A stretch of 64,000 nt of DNA from Longimicrobiales bacterium (lineage in GTDB: Bacteria; Gemmatimonadota; Gemmatimonadetes; Longimicrobiales; Gaopeijiaceae): positions 292,707-356,706 of the forward strand of contig JAWLHJ010000002.1 in the NCBI GenBank assembly GCA_041690395.1. Direction: 5' to 3'. Below, piece by piece: positions 58,986 to 64,000 of this stretch. The notes below the pieces were generated by a model. It was not told the origin of the DNA, searched no databases, and saw only the letters and a program-made list of their open reading frames with translations. The first letter of the stretch is position 1, and every line of letters starts with the position of its first letter. A program made the translations under genes and the position numbers.

Positions 58986-59494
58986 AGACGATCCTGTTGG
59001 CTGGCATGCTGCTCACCCCCGCTTCGATGATCACGGGCCCGCACCCAGTCGAGGCGCAGAGCCCGGAACGGCGCATCCACGGCGCGAGTGTCGAACTCCG
59101 CGACGAGGTGGGTCGTCCCCTGGCCCAGGGTGAACTCCTCGCCTTCGCCCGCGACACGCTCTGGCTCCTCCCCTCGCCCGACACGCTGCCCGTACCCTAC
59201 ACGGCGGACACGTTCAACCAGGTCCGCGTTCGGGCCTTCGACAGCGCCAACACGTGGGTCTGGTCCCTCGTCGGATGGGGCGTCACCTCGGTCGGGCTCT
59301 CGGCAGCCTGCGCCAGCTACGGTGGTGGCGGGTGCGGCGGCGTACCCGCCGTCATCGCGATTCCATGGGGCCTGATCGGGGGGCTCGCGGTGGGTCTCCG
59401 CGAGTCGCGGCGATGGCGGGTGATGCGTCAACCCACCTCCCGCCATCTCGCACCGTACGCGCGCTTCCCGCAGGGTCGGCCCGGCGGCGGCTGA
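58982..59494 (+). CDS. Hypothetical exported protein with Gly-rich hydrophobic hairpin
   Basis: ATGA overlap with the upstream gene; signal peptide MKTILLAG...VEA-Q; VGLSAACASYGGGGCGGVPAVIAIPWGLIGG. Confidence 0.7.
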   Translation: MKTILLAGMLLTPASMITGPHPVEAQSPERRIHGASVELRDEVGRPLAQGELLAFARDTLWLLPSPDTLPVPYTADTFNQVRVRAFDSANTWVWSLVGWGVTSVGLSAACASYGGGGCGGVPAVIAIPWGLIGGLAVGLRESRRWRVMRQPTSRHLAPYARFPQGRPGGG

Positions 59495-59498
59495 GGCG

Positions 59499-60530
59499 TC
59501 AGCCGCCGGACATCTCGTCGTACACGATCCCCAGGTTCTGCGGGAGCATGCGCTCCGCGGCGTCGAGGGCCACGAGGTCGGCCGGGGCGAGCGCGACCAC
59601 CTCGTCGCGTGAGCGTTCCTCCCGGATCGCCGTGCCGACGAGCTCCTGGAGCCGCTCGAAGTAGGCCTTCTGCGCCGCCAGCCCCTCGCGATCGGTGAGC
59701 TCCCCGTGCCCCGGGATGACGACCGTGCTCGCGTTGCACAGCGCGAGCATGGCGTCGACACACCGGATCCAGCCGGCCGGCGTCGCGCCCGACGAGGCAT
59801 CGACGAACGGATGCCTTCCATGGAAGAGGAGGTCGCCACAATGGAGCACGTTCTCTTCCGCGACGAAAACGAACGCGTCGCCGTCCGTATGGCCGCGGCT
59901 GGCCCACCGCAGCTCCACCGGGTGCCCGTCGATCGAGATCTCGTGCTCGGACTGGAACGTCTCGGTCGGGGCGAACGACGCCGGTGTCAGGTCGTCGACG
60001 GCCGCGAGCGTCGCTTCGACGTCGGCGATGGCCGAGGGCGGGGCGCCCTGCTCCCTGAGCTGCGCGATGGTCCGGGGGAGCACCTCGCGCGCCCGACCGA
60101 GGTTCGCCTCGGCGGTGGCGAGGATCCGCGGACGGGCGTTGGCGTGCGCCACCCGCGCCAGGTCGGTGAACCCGTCGTTCCCGCCGGAGTGGTCGCCGTG
60201 GTGGTGCGTGTTCACGAAATGGGTGAGGCGCATACCACCGGTCTGGACCTCCCGGCGAAGGATCCTCCCCAGACCGAAGTTTTTCCCGTCGCTCTGAACG
60301 CCGGCATCTCCCCGGCCGTAGAAGAGCGTGTTGCCACCGCCACCCATGGCGACGCGGACGCTCCGCCCGATGGAGTGCCATTGGAAGTGGGGCGCCTGGA
60401 GCCGGGAGGCGTCCGCGCCGAAGAGGGCGTCGAGCAGGGGGTCGCCCGTCGCTCGGGCCGACCGGGGGAGCACGAGACCGGCGGCGGCGCCGGCCAGAAT
60501 GGAAGCGAAGTCGCGGCGGGAAAGGCTCAT
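59499..60530 (-). CDS. Tat-exported MBL-fold metallo-hydrolase
   Basis: SRRDF twin-arginine signal, THHHGDHSGGN, GHTDGD, CGDL, IPGHG. ATG 60530 chosen as start. Confidence 0.9.
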   Translation of the reverse strand: MSLSRRDFASILAGAAAGLVLPRSARATGDPLLDALFGADASRLQAPHFQWHSIGRSVRVAMGGGGNTLFYGRGDAGVQSDGKNFGLGRILRREVQTGGMRLTHFVNTHHHGDHSGGNDGFTDLARVAHANARPRILATAEANLGRAREVLPRTIAQLREQGAPPSAIADVEATLAAVDDLTPASFAPTETFQSEHEISIDGHPVELRWASRGHTDGDAFVFVAEENVLHCGDLLFHGRHPFVDASSGATPAGWIRCVDAMLALCNASTVVIPGHGELTDREGLAAQKAYFERLQELVGTAIREERSRDEVVALAPADLVALDAAERMLPQNLGIVYDEMSGG

Positions 60531-60592
60531 GGGGCGTACCGGAAGCGGGTGGAGTGGATCTCCGGGAATCTGGCCGGCGGATCCCGGGCGCG

Positions 60593-61114
60593 CTACTCCT
60601 CGCCATCCTCGCCGTGGATCGCCCGCGTGAGCGCCGGCACGATACCCTGGAGCCGCGCGTAGAGGGCGGCCTGCCCTCGATGGTACTCCTCGTGCGCGAT
60701 CCCGTGGTGCATCCAGGAGAGTCGAGTCGACAGCTCGCCGTCGAACTGCCGGATCTGCTGGAGCATGTGGACTTCTCCCGCATCCCGAAGCCGGTCCAGC
60801 CCGTCCTCGAGCGTCCGCTCGAGCAGCGCCCTCAGCTCGGCGGGCGTGTCGACGGGAGACAGATGGGCGGTGTGCTCCGCCAGGAGCTCGGGGTACGGCT
60901 TCCGGGTGAAGTCGCCGTCGGGCCGGGAAAGCTCGCCGGTCATCATGCAGCCCGACTCCACCACGTGCCAGAGGAGATCCCGGTAGCTGCGTGAGCTGGG
61001 CGTGGGGCGGAAGTCGTAGCCGTCGTCCGGGACCACTTCCGCCTCGGCGATCAAGCTGCGCCGCGCGTAATCCCACGCCGTCAGGGCTTCGTCGAAGAGA
61101 GTCCGGCCCGCCAC
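60593..61114 (-). CDS. DinB family protein
   Basis: FRPTP..RS...LWH and HEEYHRGQ...YARL metal-binding His triad. Confidence 0.88.
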   Translation of the reverse strand: MAGRTLFDEALTAWDYARRSLIAEAEVVPDDGYDFRPTPSSRSYRDLLWHVVESGCMMTGELSRPDGDFTRKPYPELLAEHTAHLSPVDTPAELRALLERTLEDGLDRLRDAGEVHMLQQIRQFDGELSTRLSWMHHGIAHEEYHRGQAALYARLQGIVPALTRAIHGEDGEE

Positions 61115-61581
61115 TACACGGTCTCCGCCAGGCGCGCGACCACCGGGCTCACGAGCCGCTCGAAGTCCGAGTACGAGAGCTTCATGAGCTCCGTGTGCGT
61201 GCCCGCGTTGAATGCGATCTGCTCGTCCTCACGGAGGTGCTCGTCCACGAAGACCGTCAGGCCCCAGAGGTTGCCGAACGGAGGCATCGCGCCGAGCTCG
61301 CAGTTGGGGAACAGCCCCGAGAACTCGTCCTCGGAAGCCAACCCGACGTCACGGGCGCCGGTCACTCCCTTCAGCCGTTCCACGTCGACCCGCTCCGTCG
61401 CCGGCAGCACCACCATGGCGAGGTCGCCGTCCAGCTTGACCATGACCGTCTTGGCCAGCTCCTTGCCCGGCACGTGCGCCGCGGCCGCGACCTCCTGGGC
61501 CGTGAACGCCTGGGAGTGCGAGGTCGTCACGAACTTCACGCCGTTCTCGTCGAGGAACTTCTTCAGTCGTTCGATCGGCAT
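61114..61581 (-). CDS. YbaK/EbsC-family aminoacyl-tRNA deacylase-like protein
   Basis: LAKTVMV (conserved Lys), CELGAMPPFG, FNAGTH. Confidence 0.9.
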   Translation of the reverse strand: MPIERLKKFLDENGVKFVTTSHSQAFTAQEVAAAAHVPGKELAKTVMVKLDGDLAMVVLPATERVDVERLKGVTGARDVGLASEDEFSGLFPNCELGAMPPFGNLWGLTVFVDEHLREDEQIAFNAGTHTELMKLSYSDFERLVSPVVARLAETV

Positions 61582-61594
61582 GGGTCACCTCCCT

Positions 61595-61828
61595 TCAAGC
61601 GTGATCGACGATGGCGTCCTCGCCTTCCGCGCGGGCGCAGTGAGCTCCGCAGAAGTACCGCCCGTCCACCTCCGCGCCGTGCCCCACGATCTTGCAGCCA
61701 CAGTTCTCGCATACGGGGGCGAGCTTGTGGATCGCGCACTCGAAGCAGTCGAAGACGTGGGTTCGGCCCGCCGCCGTCACCTCGAACGAGGCGTAGTAGT
61801 CGTTCCCGCACACCTCACAGACGGCCAT
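61595..61828 (-). CDS. Small Cys/His-rich putative metal-binding protein (77 aa)
   Basis: CEVCGN, FDCFECAIH, CENCGC, FCGAHCA; AGGAGG RBS before ATG 61828. Confidence 0.85.
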   Translation of the reverse strand: MAVCEVCGNDYYASFEVTAAGRTHVFDCFECAIHKLAPVCENCGCKIVGHGAEVDGRYFCGAHCARAEGEDAIVDHA

Positions 61829-62012
61829 CGGTCCCTCCTGGTCCGCGGTCGGCGACACGCGCCGGCCTTGAAGTCGCTCAGGTTCAGAATTGACGGTGGC
61901 GCCGGGTCGCCGCAAGGGTGTCCCCCAGTGCCCCCGCCACCAGGGCCCCGCGCTGGACGCCCCCACGTCCCGCCCGCATCATGGATGCTCCCTCGAGACC
62001 CCGGGAGATCCC

Positions 62013-62882
62013 ATGCGCCCACTTCGACTCGTCCTCATCCTGACGCTGCCCTCGCTCGTGTCGTGCGGCTGGATCGAGCGCGAACGCGAGGAAGCGGCGG
62101 CCGCGGCCCGCCTCGAGACACTGGCCGAAGTCGAGGGAATGCTCTCGGAGGCCGTGCGCGCGGCGAACCGGACAGCGGGGACGGCCGACCGCATCCTCAG
62201 CCCCATGCCGGTCATGACCCCGGCGGAGGAGGCCCGGCTCCGGCGGTATCTGAACGCGAGCCACGTGGCCAGCGCGCGGAGAAACGGCGTGCGCGCCCGG
62301 GATGCGGAGACCGTCGACAGTCTCGTCGCGGCCGGCCGCCTCGTGGCGCTCGAGGACAGCACCCAATACTGGATCGTGAGGCCTCGCACGGCGCCCACGT
62401 ACGTCGTCCCGGAGATGCGCGCCCTGCTCGAGACGCTCGGGCGGCGCTTCCAGGAGCGGCTCGCGGCCCTCGGCCTGCCGCCGTACCGGATCGAGGTGAC
62501 CAGCGCACTCCGCACGGCCGAGCGGCAGGCGCGGCTGCGAGGGTCCAACGCCAACGCCGCGGCCGGAGCCAGCTCGCACGAGTTCGGAACCACGGTCGAC
62601 CTGTCCTACGCGGCGTTCGCTCCGCCGTACGAGACGCCCGACGTCCTCCCGCCGGGGGCACCCGACGCCTTCCGCCCCCACGTGGAGCGGCTCGTCGATC
62701 TGGCCCTCGAATCCGTGTCGGCCCGGAAGTCGCGCGAGTTGGGTAGGATCTTCAGCGACGTCCTCGCCGAAGCGCAGGACGAGGGGATCGCGCTGGTGAT
62801 CTACGAACGCCAGCAAACCGTCTACCACCTCACCGTCGGAGACCGGATGGTCGACCCAACGCGGGTAGCGCCCGAATCTTGA
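62013..62882 (+). CDS. DUF5715-like lipoprotein with peptidase M15-type zinc motif
   Basis: Lipobox LVSC, VTSALRT, SSHEFGTTVD, ERQQTVYH. ATG 62013 after GGGAG. Confidence 0.75.
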   Translation: MRPLRLVLILTLPSLVSCGWIEREREEAAAAARLETLAEVEGMLSEAVRAANRTAGTADRILSPMPVMTPAEEARLRRYLNASHVASARRNGVRARDAETVDSLVAAGRLVALEDSTQYWIVRPRTAPTYVVPEMRALLETLGRRFQERLAALGLPPYRIEVTSALRTAERQARLRGSNANAAAGASSHEFGTTVDLSYAAFAPPYETPDVLPPGAPDAFRPHVERLVDLALESVSARKSRELGRIFSDVLAEAQDEGIALVIYERQQTVYHLTVGDRMVDPTRVAPES

Positions 62883-64000
62883 TGACCGATCACGACAGCT
62901 TTCTCCGGCAGCTCGGGGACCGGTTGAGCACGGATGCCGTCGTCACGGACCCCGCCGACCTCGAGCCTCGCCTCGTCGACTGGCGAAAGGTCTACCGCGG
63001 TCGGGCCATCGCCCTCGTGCGACCCCGCGACGTGAGCGAGGTCGCCGCGACGGTCCGGGTCGCGGCGGAGCACGGCGTGGCCATCGTCCCCCAGGGTGGC
63101 AACACGGGCCTCTCCGGGGGCGCCACACCGCTCCCGGACCGGAGCCAGATCGTGCTTTCCCTCGAACGTATGGCCCGCATCCGCGCCGTCGACCGGGTCG
63201 GCATGACCGTGGAGGCCGACGCCGGCTGCGTCGTGGAGGACGTCAAGCGGGCCGCCGAGGACGTCGGCCGCCTCCTCCCCATCGGATTCGGCGCGCAGGG
63301 GTCCGCGCACATCGGGGGCATCGTGTCGACCAACGCCGGTGGCGTGAACGCGCTCCGCTACGGCACCACGCGGCAGCTCGTCCTCGGGCTGGAAGCCGTG
63401 CTCGCGGACGGTACGGTGCTGCACGGGCTCCGCGGGCTGCGTAAGGACAACGCGGGCTACGACTGGAAGCAGATCCTGATCGGGTCCGAAGGCACGCTCG
63501 GCATCGTGACGGGCGCGTTGCTGCGTTTGGTCCCCCGTCCCCGCGAGCGCGAGAGCGCGTGGATCAGCGTGACGAGCCCGACGCGCGCCCTGGAGTTGCT
63601 CGAGCGCCTCCTCGACCGCATGGGGGACTCGATCGTCGCGTTCGAGCTCATGTCACACGCGAGCGTGAGCAAGGGTACGCACTACCTGGACATCGACCTT
63701 CCCGTGGCGGAATCGGCCTGGCACGTGCTGGTGGAGGTCGCCGACAGCGCGGGAGAGCTGAAGCGAAGACTCGAGGAGGGGCTGCTCGCGGCGGCGGAGT
63801 CCGGGCTGCTGGAAGACGCGGTGCCTGCCGCCACGGACATCCAGCGGGAGCGATTCTGGACGTTGCGGGAGGGGCTCGGCGAGGCGGAGCGCCACGCCGG
63901 CGCGACCGCGAAGCACGACGTGGCGGTGAGCGTCTCGGACGTGCCGGCCTTCCTCGAGGAAGCCGAGCGGGCCGCCCTCGGGGTCGGCCCCGGCCTCTCG
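62882..64000 (+). CDS. FAD-binding oxidoreductase (D-2-hydroxyacid dehydrogenase/GlcD-like); 3' end lies outside the window
   Basis: Not in the ORF track. ATG 62882 overlaps the upstream TGA; MTDHDSFLRQLG..., PQGGNTGLSGGATP, STNAGG, LRKDNAGYD, GSEGTLGIVT, KHDVAV. Confidence 0.9.
   Translation, partial: MTDHDSFLRQLGDRLSTDAVVTDPADLEPRLVDWRKVYRGRAIALVRPRDVSEVAATVRVAAEHGVAIVPQGGNTGLSGGATPLPDRSQIVLSLERMARIRAVDRVGMTVEADAGCVVEDVKRAAEDVGRLLPIGFGAQGSAHIGGIVSTNAGGVNALRYGTTRQLVLGLEAVLADGTVLHGLRGLRKDNAGYDWKQILIGSEGTLGIVTGALLRLVPRPRERESAWISVTSPTRALELLERLLDRMGDSIVAFELMSHASVSKGTHYLDIDLPVAESAWHVLVEVADSAGELKRRLEEGLLAAAESGLLEDAVPAATDIQRERFWTLREGLGEAERHAGATAKHDVAVSVSDVPAFLEEAERAALGVGPGLS

Noticed and set aside
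47649..59510. Several proteins ending in Gly-Gly (permease LTGGG, 58982 ORF PGGG, MBL SGG) as ubiquitin-like ligands for zf-UBP
   Set aside because: None has a beta-grasp-like sequence, two are exported, and Gly codons are frequent in GC-rich DNA; probably chance.
1..64000. CRISPR arrays, tRNA/rRNA, IS elements, defence systems
   Set aside because: I saw no regularly spaced repeats, RNA-gene signatures, transposase or nuclease motifs by eye. The STAND protein has a LuxR HTH output, which fits a regulator rather than an Avs-type defence effector.

Overview
This is a GC-rich, gene-dense bacterial chromosomal segment with about 48 CDS, two of them cut by the window edges. I saw no rRNA, tRNA, CRISPR array, integrase or transposase. 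The gene content (SusC/SusD pair, three duplicated orphan 'ADOP'-type permeases with PadR regulators, secreted Asp-box/VPS10-like propellers, many secreted peptidases) suggests Gemmatimonadota or a related lineage; that is an inference. The main blocks are: (i) two tandem CPA2 antiporters; (ii) a SusCD locus flanked by peptide/amide hydrolases rather than glycosidases; (iii) an S9 peptidase - zf-UBP - STAND/LuxR activator operon converging on a small orphan gene whose upstream region carries a helically phased TACGTA-N4-TACGTA box, with a near-identical box 37 kb away before an uncharacterised two-gene envelope operon; (iv) three ATPase-less permeases in which an N-terminal prefix domain is present only when a PadR is adjacent, one with an in-frame internal RBS+ATG; (v) YciI/ECF42 sigma, lemA-DUF2207-pepT-SRAP, a head-to-head pair of paralogous ~1,000-aa propeller proteins, and a Cys-rich/YbaK/DinB/MBL cluster. 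The best candidates for undescribed systems are the STAND-LuxR regulon and the PadR/prefix/permease module. All product calls come from motif recognition by eye; no database search was run.
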